A program made the translations under genes and the position numbers. 64,000 bases of DNA from Tubiluchus corallicola (lineage: Eukaryota; Animalia; Priapulida), in assembly GCA_030141605.1 (NCBI GenBank), contig JAQGDQ010000092.1, positions 372,001-436,000 of the forward strand. Reading direction: 5' to 3'. Of this stretch, positions 22,111 to 35,800 are shown piece by piece. A model generated the notes under the pieces. The model did not search any database and was not told the origin of the DNA. It was given only the letters and a program-made list of their open reading frames with translations. Each line of letters opens with the position of its first letter. Positions within the stretch are counted from its first letter, which is position 1.

Positions 22111-23709
22111 CGGTTTCCTTTCTCGAATTTACTTAAATTGGCAAGTGAAAACGATACGGGCCTACGACCACAATATTCAAACTTCAAATAATCTGGTTAA
22201 TTGGTCAATCCATAAAAGGTCTGTATCTTCTGATTATTCCGTAAATTAATTACACGTGATGGAAGGAATATATCTTCCTCGCGTGCGTATATTTGTCAAT
22301 AAAAATTATGATTATTGTTTTCAAATTCTCTTCATCACAGCAAATGATTATTTTTGTTACCTTTTGTGGCGCTTTTATTTTGTTGTTGATTTCAAGTTGA
22401 GTAGAAAATCTCAAGTCTTAGATTTTAAATTAATAACATACACAAACGCTATCAATTCTGCAACTACTCAGAACATTAATAACTTCATTGTTACTCGTAC
22501 GATTCATCGTCTATTGTGAAATAATGGCCGCGTTGGACCTCAGTACTACATCACATCCCTTCTGGTTTACATATTTTAAGCCAAATAATTGAACTTAAAA
22601 TTAATACTAACACAAGCGGATTGGTGGATGTCGGCTGCTTTGAACAAATAAACAACTGTGAGATAAGAACAGTGCTTAACAACAAGTATTTACTGCTAAT
22701 TAAGACGTACAGTGCCTTTTGCAACAGGGACTGCTTTGATGCCTTTTGATCTTTAACTATACATATAATGATTGATACCACAGTCCGCAGGAAGTGAAGC
22801 TTTTCTTGTCTGCCAATCCACTCTTTGCGCTGACTGCTGTTGCTGTTGTTTTGAAACGATGGATGCGATTTCTCCACAAGATACCCTGTTTGCATGCATA
22901 CACCAAGACTGGCATTTAGGAATCTATGTTTTCACATATGCGGTGGTTGAGAAATTCTGACACTGAAATTGTGAAAGGACATTCAAGCTTATGCAATACA
23001 GTCAGCAACATAATATTCATGCTCATGTCTGCTGACAGAATACGAAGGATTGGAATGGCAATAATTAAGGCAAATGTCTGGTTGTTCATGGAACGCTTGC
23101 TATTAGCAACAAGTTTTGAAGTTCAATCTCCATCGATGAAGTTCGATGGAGTTGGATGTGGGCATGGAATCCACATTAATTATTGGGAATGGTACTACTA
23201 ATTCAGTATGTGTACTACGGAATCACTGTGTTGTTGCTAAATCACTGTAAAGTTCTGATAACTGGGTCTGCTGCTCTGTTCGAATGTTGGTCCTACACTT
23301 CAGCTACTAGGCTGTTGCAACTGCTAACAATTTAATAAAAATTTATTGCAAATTTGTAAAAAAACAGAACAGGCACTTTTAAACGAGGAAACCGGAAACA
23401 GTCCTGCACTTATAACTGCACGTTGTTTATTGTGCAAGCCTACTAAAACTGACTATAAGAAAGAAAACAAAAATCAGATGTGATAATTCTGTTAATTTAA
23501 TTAGTTAATCAGTTAATTTGATTTTTGTACATTTTTGAATTTGTTTTTTTGTACATAATCATTTTTAACACTGGGTAACATGCCATTCCTACTTCGTAAT
23601 GTTACAAGAGCAAAATACAATGATACATAATATGATATATATTTTAAACAATGTACGCCATATCAGGCATAGACGTACACGTACTTAAATACGCCATATC
23701 AGGCATATA

Positions 23710-23749
23710 GACGTACACATTTCGTCCACTGGTAGTAGACTTCATCAAG
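23710..23749 (-). ncRNA. Minimal hammerhead-ribozyme-like motif (Penelope-type, degenerate)
   Basis: Minus strand reads CUUGAUGA-A-GUCUACU-ACC-AGUGGAC-GAAA-UGUGUAC-GUC: core boxes, 7-bp stem II, near-palindromic stem III, GUC triplet. Stem I is weak. Confidence 0.45.
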
Positions 23750-25796
23750 TTAATGAGATAATGGATTACATTGTTAAAAAGTATCGGACCAAGTTGATCA
23801 GGTTGATCTACTCAAGATTATAATTTTCTGCATTACGGTTCATAAATTTCAAAATATCATCGACAGAGGGCACCATCTGCTCAGTTTGCAAGTGCATGAT
23901 TGCTAAGCGTATCGTGCAGTTTCTGTTGACGGATGACTGACTACGTCCCCTTGATAAAAAATGCAATTGATAAAAAACGATAACACCTTAAGAAATAGCA
24001 TTTAATTATGAACAAAAAAACATTTATCTTAATGTTCAGTACTTGTATTCGCACTTCTAAGCCATATGTGGACCCGGGTATAATTCGCGCGTTGTTGGAT
24101 GTTGGTTTCTTAATAAAATTGGTGTCACGAGTCGTTTCTTCTAAAACTCCGTTCATTTTTGATTTCTCGCAATGAAAATTGAAAAACTAAAAAATAGATT
24201 AAGTAAAAAACGCTCCACACCACTGGCTTCCCACACTAGATATGAATAAAGCCCGACAGCCCACTAGATAATTATAACGTTCCACAATAAGCAATACAAG
24301 ATGGCTATGTTCCAGTAGCTTCACGAACAACTTTGGACACTAACCAACAACATCACCTACTCAGATTGCATCAGTGCCTCACGAGCCACACTACCGTACC
24401 AAATCCAGAAGATAAGAGAGACAGATGTTTTCAACGCGGAATATAGTCAAGGAATGATGCATATTGTAGAAAATTGCCAATACACGTATATATATAGTCC
24501 TTATGACAAACTTGTTCAAACTCTTTTGTGCGATAATTACCAACACGTGACGAGGTGCAGTAGAAAATGTAGACAAGTCTGTTAGGCAGTACTACCAGCC
24601 ATTACTCCTCATTCAGAACAAATCGCCGTCAGACTAACGCACAAACTTATAACAATATGTAAATGGCAAAAACATATAACAATCCATAGTATGAGTAAAT
24701 GATAGCCCATTTGCCATACACAAGTACCTATATATATAGAGTAAGGAAGACACATAGACTAAGAAAGGACGCTGCTTGACTAAACTCCGTTATAGATCAA
24801 CTAGTTGACAACTAGTCTGCTGAGTACTAGTGTACTAAGTAGAAATAAACCTGTTTCTTTTCATGCTAACTTTTGTATTGCGAATTAGTAGATTTAACTG
24901 TAATCGGGTGTTGCTGTTTGAGTTTGTGGTTATTTTAGTATATTAAATGATACTTTTGATGCACTAGCAGGTTATACAGTCAGATGAAACGAAGCACAAA
25001 TTTGGCTGGCTTAGAACCATTACAGGTCTATTAATGACAATGCAACGCATTCCAGTTAGATATTTCATGCTCACAAGAGCTGATTAAATGTGACTGATTA
25101 TCTTCACATTAAGCTCAAAACCTACGCCACTGCTTATCGGCGGTTCTGTATTAATATAATATATAGGCCAGTTGTATATAAGACGACATAAGACGACCAA
25201 AGTACAGAGATAAAGAACTGATTTGATGACAGGAGATGGAGTCATCGCAAACTGTGGGAAATATAGTATTAACGATGCGGCAAAAAGTCATATTACTGCT
25301 ACTACCGTAGTAACTGCTACTACTACTGCGCATTTGTGCAACAAGTTTTACAGGTGTTACATACATGTATGGCTATGATATGCCCGCGGAACTGAAGGAC
25401 GTTCTGCGCTCAAAACCTACAGCTCGTGAATAAAGTGCACGTTATTACTCACCAGACAGTAAAAGCTTAGAAGTTCGGGCAAACATATTATTATAAGCGT
25501 GTTGTGAGTCTTAACTGCGCCAGAGAATATTGTCATAGTTCCTAAAAATTAGAAATTTGTCTCGCGGCGCAGGTGAATGGTATAACCAGCGGGGTAATTA
25601 TTACTATGGGAGGTGAGTGTTAGCTTTCTTCAGTAATTATTTATAATACTGTAGCCACTGGCCCATTGAATATATGGGTCAGCTCAGCAACCGTAATAAC
25701 AGGGATACTTATGCAAGGTTTAATAATGTTTATCAAGCAAACACTCCTTTAAATACAGAGCAGCCCAAATTTGGAACGATTTGCCAAATTCATTTA

Positions 25797-25997
25797 GGTG
25801 GCGTTTACGTAGCATCCGGATGCGTATGCGTTTCCACCTGCGGACAGCTGCGAAAAAAAACTCAATAGGAACGGCCGTGGAAAAATAACGCATAACGCAT
25901 GTCAGATAAACCGGTGCATTGAAAACAATATACACGACTTTGTCTATTTCACATCCCCTCAAACGCATACGAATCCCGAAGCTACGTAAACACCACT
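25797..25997. mobile_element. PIF/Harbinger (Tourist-like) MITE
   Basis: 37-bp imperfect TIRs GGTGGCGTTTACGTAGCATCCGGATGCGTATGCGTTT and AAACGCATACGAATCCCGAAGCTACGTAAACACCACT, flanked by TTA on both sides (25794-25796, 25998-26000). Confidence 0.8.
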
Positions 25998-26143
25998 TTA
26001 TAAAAGCTCAAGATTTTATTCAGTTGGCAACGCAAATAAAAACATAGGTGGTATTTTACGTCAATATAATTTTTGTACTCAAAGCATTATTTTAAATCTC
26101 ATAATGCATTCTAATTTTAGCAGTTTTATTCATTTCAATATTT

Positions 26144-26415
26144 CAGCATTAGCAATTTTATTAATTTTCCTATTTTAAAACAATTCAAATTTTATTAGAC
26201 TTTATATCTGGATTGGTAATTTAGATATATTTATACTAAAAGTAGATATTGCAATTTTTTCTCTATACTACAGATTTTGTATTTTAGCATTAGCAATTTT
26301 AACTTTTTTGTTATTTTAAATCAACCAAACTTTCGTTAGGTTTCATATCAGGATTGTTAACTTAAGTTAATTTATACTAACAGTAGATATTGTAGTTTTT
26401 TCTCTATACTAGATT
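26144..26415. repeat. Diverged tandem duplication, about 140-bp unit, two copies
   Basis: AGCATTAGCAATTTTA ... AGTAGATATTG ... TCTCTATACTA occurs twice about 140 bp apart. Confidence 0.75.
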
Positions 26416-26749
26416 CCAAATATTTTTCTATTTTATTTTATCGATGAATTTTATAATTGTATATTGTCGATAAAGAACTTTAACTGCTCATGTTGTTTAT
26501 GTAGATGATCGACATTAAATACAATTTATCTCATCTTATCAGTTTTTGTGAGTTTTGACTTATTTTATTTGGTATTATTCATGTAAAAAATATCACGGTA
26601 CTTAGAAATGTCGCTGAAATGAATACATGTACTTAGTTGTGCAATAATGCGCGGCGAATTGTTAATTAACTGTTCTAAAAGTGCTTACTTTACGCGAATA
26701 TTTTAGCCGTTTATTGTGCTGTATTTACAGGTCTTTGCAGAAGACAATC

Positions 26750-26876
26750 ATGACACATCTACCACTGAACACAGTTCTTATATCAGCGCTCGTTTTACTA
26801 TGGGCTATTTACTTCTACTGGCAGATGAATACTCCCTTCAAACTGCACGCTGATAAGTCGTACGACTTCATAATAA
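26750..26876 (+). CDS. GMC oxidoreductase coding exon 1 (signal anchor, ...SYDFII)
   Basis: ATG at 26750, hydrophobic stretch, GTATGC donor. Confidence 0.85.
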
Positions 26877-29800
26877 GTATGCTAGACTATCCTCTTTCGT
26901 ATTGCTTTCATATCCTCTTTGGGTTCACTCGCATAGTTTTAACTTTGCAGCTTTCAAAGCGAAAACTTGTTAAATACAAATTCGTTTTAATCACCCAGTA
27001 AAGACAGGAAAGAGCTACTTTTGTATTGTAACGTTTAAATTTGTTATTAGTTTCCAAAAAGAAAATCTTAGTAGACCTGTACGAATTTGTTGAACCAGTA
27101 AAATGTTATCTAACTAAACAACTTATGAAGGCCCTGCCTTTGTTTCGGTTTTACACAGCTTTCTCGAAATGACCAAGGATAATGTCAACTCGCACTATTT
27201 TGGAGTACAACAGAAAGTGTTGAAATGCACCCTGCCTTTTCATCCACTGCATTACAGACTTAATTAAGCAGGCTCATGTTTGCATTAAAAGCAGAACAAT
27301 CTAGGGAAAATGCATTTTACTTTTTTGGAAATTGGCAACAATAACTTTATAGTTAATTAATGTTAATTAATTTTTTGTGCTTTTCTGTAGCCAACCGTCT
27401 TTAGTGTATAGTCATATATATGTATCGATATATTATTTAGAAACTTAACAGTGTTTTATATAACATATATATAACATACCACCAAAATTAATATATACGG
27501 TAGTTTCTTTCATTTAGTTGGGTCTGGTTCAAGTGGGGCAGTAGTGGCTTCTAGACTATCAGAAGTTGATAAATTTCGAATTCTCCTCTTGGAAGCTGGC
27601 GGCCATGGCAGAGGTGATATTAACATTGATCCGCCAGGAGCGCATCTTCGTGCTAGAGCAATTGAAGAAGACTGGCAGTACTTCAGTGTGCCTCAATCTC
27701 AAGCTTGTTTAGGAATGAAAAATCGGGTACAGTCATTGAATCAAAAAGTTGTTTCAACAGAGCTAGTTAGATAAATAGACATAACATTATATATAGAGAT
27801 TTTGGCGAAAGCGCAGCTGAGTGACCACGGTGTAAACTCAGAGACCGGAGTTAAGCAACACCAAATCCCGTTAGTAAATGAATGGATGGTAAGGTGGAAA
27901 TCATGCTGCTCCGGCTCTTTACCTTACTGAAGGAGGATGTCTGAAAATCAGAACGTAGATATGGCATGTGCCGGTTCAATATCTCATCTTAGAGGTCATT
28001 CTTGATTATTCGTAGGCATGTTCCAGGCCTGCTACAACCGGCCACTGGGCCCTGCTACAACTGGACACTGGGCAGTGTATCGAAATCATGCGCTTGTATG
28101 ACTAATATTTCTGTTAAATAACAAAATATTGTAACTGAAACTGACGTATATCGTGGTCATTCCTGTCGTCATTTTGGATTTTATTTTCGCTGTCATGGTT
28201 TTTGCTTGTTGTGTTGTTAGTGTGGCTTTTCTTTTTGTTGGTACTACGTAAAGCGTGACTTAAATTATATTTAGCTTAGCAGAAAATGTTCAAGAAGATG
28301 ATATTATCTGTGTAAAAAGATAAGGCATGCATCAAAGTCCTCTAGAATATTTTGAAAACAAGTTGTCCAGAAAGTTATAACCAGAAAACAAGGACTTCTT
28401 CTGTACTTTTAAACAAGAAAGCTGACTATATGTTGTTGTTTTTTACTGCAGTCAAGTTTTTGGCCTCGTGGTAAAGGACTCGGAGGAACAAGTCTCCTAA
28501 ATACGATGATATATTCTAGAAGTAACAAAAAGAACTATGATAACTGGGAAGCTTCAGGGTGTACAGGATGGAGTTATAGTGATGTTTTGCCTTACTTTCT
28601 CAAATCAGAATATCAGATGGATCCTAAACTGGCGGCTGATACCAGTAAGCCATTTTAGCAGTTCTGTTCGCAAGCTCCGTAAAGTGCAGTTATAATAATA
28701 ACAATAATAATAAGAAGAAGAAGAAGAAAAAGAAAAGAAGAAGAAGAAGAAAAAGAACAACAACAACAACAACGATGACGACAACAACAACGATAACAAC
28801 AACGACAACAATAACAACAACGGTAACAATAACAACAACAATAATAATAATAATAAGAAAATAGGTAACTATATTAATTTCTTCTTACTGCAACTTCTCC
28901 CCATGACCTAAACACAATTAAGATAAAATTTCGGTTGGTTTGGACACATTCTTTATAAAATCAAGACAGTATGACTTGGCAGTTGTGGTGAGGCTGCGTC
29001 ACGCACTAGAGAGCAAGGAAGAAACGGACAAGAATGAAAAATGAAACAAAAGCGAAGACAGCATGATAATATGTCTGTTTGCAAAACATATTACGTGCAT
29101 AGCTAAAATTCTTGACTGCCTATATTTACTATGAGATAATGAATAATGAATTAACTAGGAACTAGAATTTATAACTGTCTGTATTTTATTAGGCAATATT
29201 CATGGCTGCCTATATAACTACATATTTAGTATCAGCTAAACATTGTCTATTTATTAGAGATTCATGTTTTAGGGTTACAATATAAACGTTATAACAGCCC
29301 ATACAAAAACTGGTTTATGACTTGCTATTTGATACAGGCACTAGCTTTAACATACCAGTGTTTTGTTTTAGAGTATCATAGTAAAGCTGGTCCTATGGCT
29401 ATCAGTTCTCAACATACAACGAAACTGGTTGACTATATATTGAAGGCTGCAGATGAACGTGGAATTGGAACAACGTCAGACATGAACGGAGAGAAACAAA
29501 TGGGTACAATCTTTTTACATAATGTCACTTTGCCAAGTTAAATGGACAACTGTGCCTGCTGTTATTGCCTTGTCAAATAACCGAGAACCCCGGATTTCGC
29601 CATTGCGTCCTACGGGTAAAAAACAAACTTTAAAAAATGCTTCACTGATTTTTTAATAATCCTGAAAATACTTAACATGTCTACGTATACGTAACTGTGA
29701 TCTCCAGGTTATCGAATTTTGGCAAAATTAACACGTAGTTATTAATTTTTAAAGCAAAACTTAGCAGAAAGCAAAAAACTTAAGCAATTACCATTTAAGT

Positions 29801-32800
29801 AGCATTAACATTTGCATAAGTAGCGAAAATAATTGCTATACCAACACTTTAACATGAAAGTGATAAACTGTGTAGTATACTTACTCGAGAGAAGACTTGG
29901 CGATTAGTCTGACCAACATTGGCAACATCACAAATTCTACAAATGTGCTTCTGAACTATATATGCTGGCCCAATTTCAACAACGTATTCTTTTTCATCTC
30001 AACCATTAATGCCAGCAGTATCACTGTAATGCTAAGTTGACCAGTTTACATTTCAAGGTCTTTGTTTTTTATATTACGTATAGCATCTTAAAATATTCGA
30101 GATTCTGTGTAGGTAACAAAATGCTTTATGATGCTTCATTTAACACTCAGCTCGCATCCAGATATTTTAACATCTTTGCTATGGCTTCACCTTGCTGTGA
30201 CTATATCACATCGTGGTAAGTTTGTTTAGGCCAGTTTTATCGGTATGAACAGCTTGGAGCTCCACCTATATTCATCGACTTTATCAATACTCAAAAATGA
30301 TTACAATAAAATTACGGCTTGACTGAGTCACAAGGAACTGACTAGCACAGTGATTTAGACGGTGGACTTGTATATTAAACGATTCCTTGTTCAAATCTGA
30401 TTCAGTTTAAACTTTTTCACGCTTTCTTTCCTTTGGCTAAGTTTGCTCTAACACATAATGCCTTAATTCCATCGTGCTCTATTAAAAATAAGGTGACGGA
30501 GAAATAATAGATATTGACGGGATATTACAGGATATAAAAATAATAAATAATACCGTTTTGTAATTTGCAACCTTCGTTTAATAATGGTCTAAGTAAAATA
30601 TTACTTGGTTTTAATGAAATACAGGATTTGGGAAACCTCAAGCTACTATTCGGGATGGTGTACGTGAGAGCACAGCAGCTGCATTTCTTTGGCCTGTCCT
30701 CTGGCCAAGAGGCAACAGAAAGAATCTGGACGTTGTCCTAAACGCTCATGTGACTAGAATAGCATTTGAAGGACACAAGGCAGTGGGGGTTGAATATGAC
30801 AAGCATGGAGAAAGACATTTTGTTCGCTCAGAAAAAGAAGTTATTCTTTCTGCTGGAGCTGTGGCGTCTCCTCAGATTCTCATGTTGTCCGGAGTTGGTC
30901 CATCAGAACACTTGAAAGAAAAAGGAGTAAGTCTAAAATCACTTATTAGTGTCCGTACTGATAGAAGAAGCTTACACTAAGCTAAAATTCTGATGCAAGG
31001 TCTGCTTTTTTGTTTGCAATGTGCGAAAATGTTTAGTGCATTGTTGCAATAAAAAACAGTAAACAACTACCAACTAAATCAATTTTAAATATGTTTGTGA
31101 AAGCTCTTTTAAATGCAGGCCTTATATAATTTTCGAATGCATTATAGACAATATTAGTAAGTCGGTATGTTGAATAATAATATAAATTTTGAGCAAGTCA
31201 AGGATGCAGTAAACCATGACTCCTCTAAGTGTATGATAAATCACCCCTCACAGGCCGAAGTTAATTAACAGTTAGCTAACTTGGCGTTTTTTAAATAAGA
31301 CTGGGTAATAGAATTATATGAATAATCTTGTTACATGATAATGTGAGACACCGAGTAATCTCCCGCAAAATCTATAACTTTTTATGCTCACAAGCGAAAT
31401 TTTGCATTAAAAAGTACAAATTCTCATTTGCTTTAAGCATGTTTGACTACAAATTTTTTGAATGAGTGGTTGGTAACTTTCACTTGTGGAGTCCGAATAT
31501 CCCATAACCAACAGGTTTTAAGATATTTTTCCCTGATAAAGTTATTAGGATGGGACTTAAAAATGCTATTTTGTGGTATTGTGTTTACATATTTTTGAAG
31601 TAATTTTCATGTTACAAAATTTACGAGGTACATGAGATAGTTTCTCCATAACCTTAAAAACGAATTTTACTTCTCCCAGATACATGTTTTGGCAGATCTA
31701 CCTGTTGGTGAGAATCTTCAGGATCACGTTATGGTTGACGCACCGGAGTACACAATAGAAAAGCCATACGCCCTTACGCAAGATTTAATAATGAATTTAG
31801 GTAGTACTTTGGAGTGGAAAATATTTGGAACAGGTCGGTTTCAGTTTACTTTTTTTATCAAATATTTGCAAATATTTTCTATTAGACTTCATTTTAGAAT
31901 ATGTAATAATTATGAAGTTTTATGAACAGGACCGCTGAGTGGAACTGGAGTCGACGCTCATGGATTCGTCAGAACTAGCGTTGTCAGGGATAAAATTAGA
32001 TTTCCGCCTTCAGTTCCAGATATCCAGTTACAACTGTTGGCAGGCGGTCCTGGTAGTGATGGGACAGAAACCTTGCAGAGCTCGTTTAACTTTGGACACA
32101 ACGTGAGTCTGGGAATTGCAAATCCTTCCAATTTATAAGAACTGGTACCTAAGAGCAAATTCTTTGTTTTCTAGTTCTAAGTTTACTATGGATTGGTTTT
32201 ACAGTTTTAGATTAAATATAATTATAGCAGCTCATTAGTTGTTGCTATAAAGTTTGAGGTTTCTCTGACAGAAAAATCCTAATTCGAATTTTTAGTTCAT
32301 CAGCTTTTTTGGAAAAGAACATAGCTTTGTTCTAGTTTCTTTTTGCCATAACAGATTAACAACTACTCTCGAACACATTTGGTTGACATCGTGCAGAGTT
32401 TGCTGAAATGATATCGTACACTGGCTAATGTCAGATAATGAACATCCGGCCTTAGTAAACATAACAAAGTAGAATATATGTTGTTTTATTAAGTTCTCAA
32501 TTATTAAGAAACAGACAAAAACAACGTCTGTATTATTTTACACCTTTTATAGTGAAACCCGAAGCTCATTGTCCGACATTAACCAGAGTGCGACGTAAGC
32601 CCATTTTATCTTATAGCTTCACGTTTACCTTGTAATTTCAGTTTCAAATTTCTTGTTCCACTTGAGTGTACCGAAAGTGTAAGCCAATTTTATCTTATCA
32701 CTTATTTTATAATTCCAGCTTCAAATTCTCAGTTCCGCTTTGGGTGTACCAAAGTTTCACTTCTAAATAAAAAAAATAGAATTTTTCTGTAAATATCATC

Positions 32801-35800
32801 CCTTACAACCCCCAGTGCATGGTTATGCAAGATAAGAAGCTACAAACTAATAACGTTGTTGTAACAGAACTGCATCCTTTAGAAACTTCGTTCCATTAAA
32901 TGGTTTCTTTGAACCATAGGCCTAGTGTAAATACCGTCTTCCATATGGGATGACATGCTTGAAGATATAGGCATTGTTTGAGTAGCGGGATTGATGTGTT
33001 CAGTCGACAACTTTAATTCTTAAATCAAACAAGATTTAATACTAAGTAATGATCGACTTACTTCGCTCAAAAACGCGAAGCTTTTTTCATAATAGAAAGT
33101 GCAATGATAGAATGAAGGCCGGTATTATTAAATTTTTCAAACCAAACTTGACGTAAACAGGGAAAATCTGAAAAGGTCGGAGCTGAATCTTGATTAGATT
33201 AAACTGTGAAATTATAGCACAATATGTCGGAAACTTCTTTTCCGAAGTAAACAAATTGTCATTTGTACTGTAAGAAAGCTGTATAGAAGTACTTAAATGA
33301 ATAGTGTATAACTACTTCTGTAACTTAATTGTTTAGGATCAACTGTTAAAATTGACTGCAAAATCGCTTAGTGAATATTGGGTTGACAGGTTTTTCCTAC
33401 TTCATAGATGCACCTTACAATGCTGTAGATCCCATCTATATACATTATCGTAATGTAACTATATTATTATGTTTACAGGAACTTGACTTTGATTGATTGT
33501 AATGTTGTGACGTTTACTAATATATCGATAACGTAAATAAGGACATCATGATATTTTAACCAATTTGTTTATTGTTTTTACTCATGATTATATAAGAAAT
33601 ATAACGATGGACATCAAATACTAGCAATATATCTTTCGAGAACAAACTTTAGATAAAAACATTCAGTCTGATGCGTTAACTCTCCCACATTTTTATGAGC
33701 AAACAAATAGTAAAATTATGCAAACGAAAAATAAGACCAATTTTTATTCTTCTTCTGGACATGGTACCGAAAGCACTGTGCCGATTTTATTCTTGTTCTC
33801 GACCCAATTATGTGAGCTATGTTGTTTTGTGATAAAATCTATTCTTCCATTCGATCAACTTGGTTTCCAAAATTTTATAACTAGGAGTATGCTTCACAGC
33901 AGAATCTTCTTGATTTACTACAGTATTTTTCTATTACTTTTTCGACATTTTTGTCCTTTAATAATTCGCAAACGCACAGTAGGTCACAAAACTCAAAGCA
34001 CACCAGGTAGGAGGATTCATACTTATACGTTGCTTCATCACCGAGGGGTAAAAAATCACGGAGTGTGCGCGGTTTCTTTTTTTAGACTGGATGCTTTTGA
34101 ACTATGGCCACAGTGTGTGGCAAGGTGGGGTCGAGTTCTAGTAAATTGCTGAGTATGAGCCATTTGGGTGTGACAAAATTTTTCGGTAAAGGACAAAAAC
34201 CGAAATCGGGGGTTGATGCGGGGACAACAAGCTTCCAGTGTGGAATAATAGCAGATTGTAGTGCATCAAGTGAAAGGTCTGACACTCCTAGATTAGTTGA
34301 CCCCGCCAGGGGTGGAAAAGCAAAATTTTATGGGTTTCGAACCGCAGTAGCTTGTAATACACCAAATGAAAGGCCTTAATAAAACGCATTGAATGATGCC
34401 CAAATTGGATGATTTCTGACTCCATAAAGAGGTGAAAACCGGAATTAGTGGTCGGAAACAAATGACTCCATTGCCAAGCATCAGTGGGTTGTATAGCGTC
34501 AAATGAAAGGCCTCAGTGAGACAAATTAAGTGGTGTGAGTTATATCCACACTGGTTGACCCCTGACCCCAAGGTCACAGGTTAGAACTGTTCCAATTTTC
34601 CACCTTTTACTACTTTAAATAAAAAGTCTCGATGAGATAAATTGAATGGTGTACGTTGACCAGTATTTGGTTAACCCTTGACTCAAGAGTCGAAAACTAA
34701 AAAGATTCTAACTTCATCAAACTTTTTAATTTCTAGAACAACTGTACTTAACATGTAGATTATTATTTATTTTGAAAAATATTTTGAAATACGAAACAAA
34801 AGCTGTCACTTAAAGCAACTCCTATCACAGAAGCAGAGTCTTGCCATAGTGTCAAAAACGTTTATTGGTTATATGTTCATTGCGTTTTTGACTGCCAGTA
34901 CTGCAAATTTTTTACGTGTACAAATAACAGACCGATTCATCAATTGTTGTGACTTCTGTTAATGTATATAAATATGTATCTAAATCAGTTAGGATGTAAT
35001 ATATAGCAGCAACAAAATTATTCTTTGGTTTTATTAATTCCTAATGTCACTGTAACACTGATTGAATTATTTGTATTAATCTCCTTGTTGTTTCCATAAG
35101 TTATTGCAGTACGTAAAACCACATAAATGTCATTGTATGTATTATGCTATAATGACAATAAATTGCTTACTTACTTACCATGGTACTTACTTTCCTCCAC
35201 AGTTAATAAAAGAAGGGCAGTACCAGAACCAGTTAAACCAGCATTTCTTCACTTTTCTTGCTACTTTGCTACATCCGAAAAGCGTGGGAAGTATTCGCCT
35301 GCGAAGTTCTTCTCCTTTTGACAGCCCAGTTATTGATCCCCGTTACCTGGAGCATCCCGACGATATTCGAGCTATTATTGAAGGTACGTCTGTGTAGTCT
35401 TAGCGTCCTTTTAACCTTTGAGAGACTTCAGTATTGTAAAACTTTGCTGCCATATTGTTTTAATTACCACTAATAAAAGGCCTGCATTAATGGCATTTTT
35501 TTCTTCTAACATATTTTTTGAAGAGAGGAACTAATTGCGTGGCGGTGTCTGAGCGCGTGGGTCGCTGTAACACTTTTGACACTGTTGCCAGATAGACGTC
35601 ACACCACAGCACCACGAAAAAATAAATTTGTAGTCATGAAAAGTGTAAAACTCCGAAATTTCCACGTTTCAGTTTTATAAAAGAATGTGCAGAAATATTT
35701 GTAGGTAAATATGTATGTTTTTTGCTAATCTGACATGTTTGAGGCCCTATAAAACGGCAACGTTTCAGGATTTGACAAAACGGAGCCGGCTGCGGATAGC

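Noticed and set aside
22550-24870. Gypsy gag zinc-knuckle relic (RFLNASLGVCMQTGYLVEK) and LTR-like stretches at 24.4-24.9 kb
   Set aside because: Most Cys/His ligands are missing; no paired LTRs, primer-binding site or pol motifs found.
27841-27920. Functional 5S rRNA gene
   Set aside because: The 5' third is missing and many substitutions disrupt the sequence; treated as SINE-derived.
33337-33389. Extra GMC exon candidate ([17 protein letters not shown])
   Set aside because: Would break the frame; exons 7 and 8 already join in phase 0 and give normal GMC spacing.
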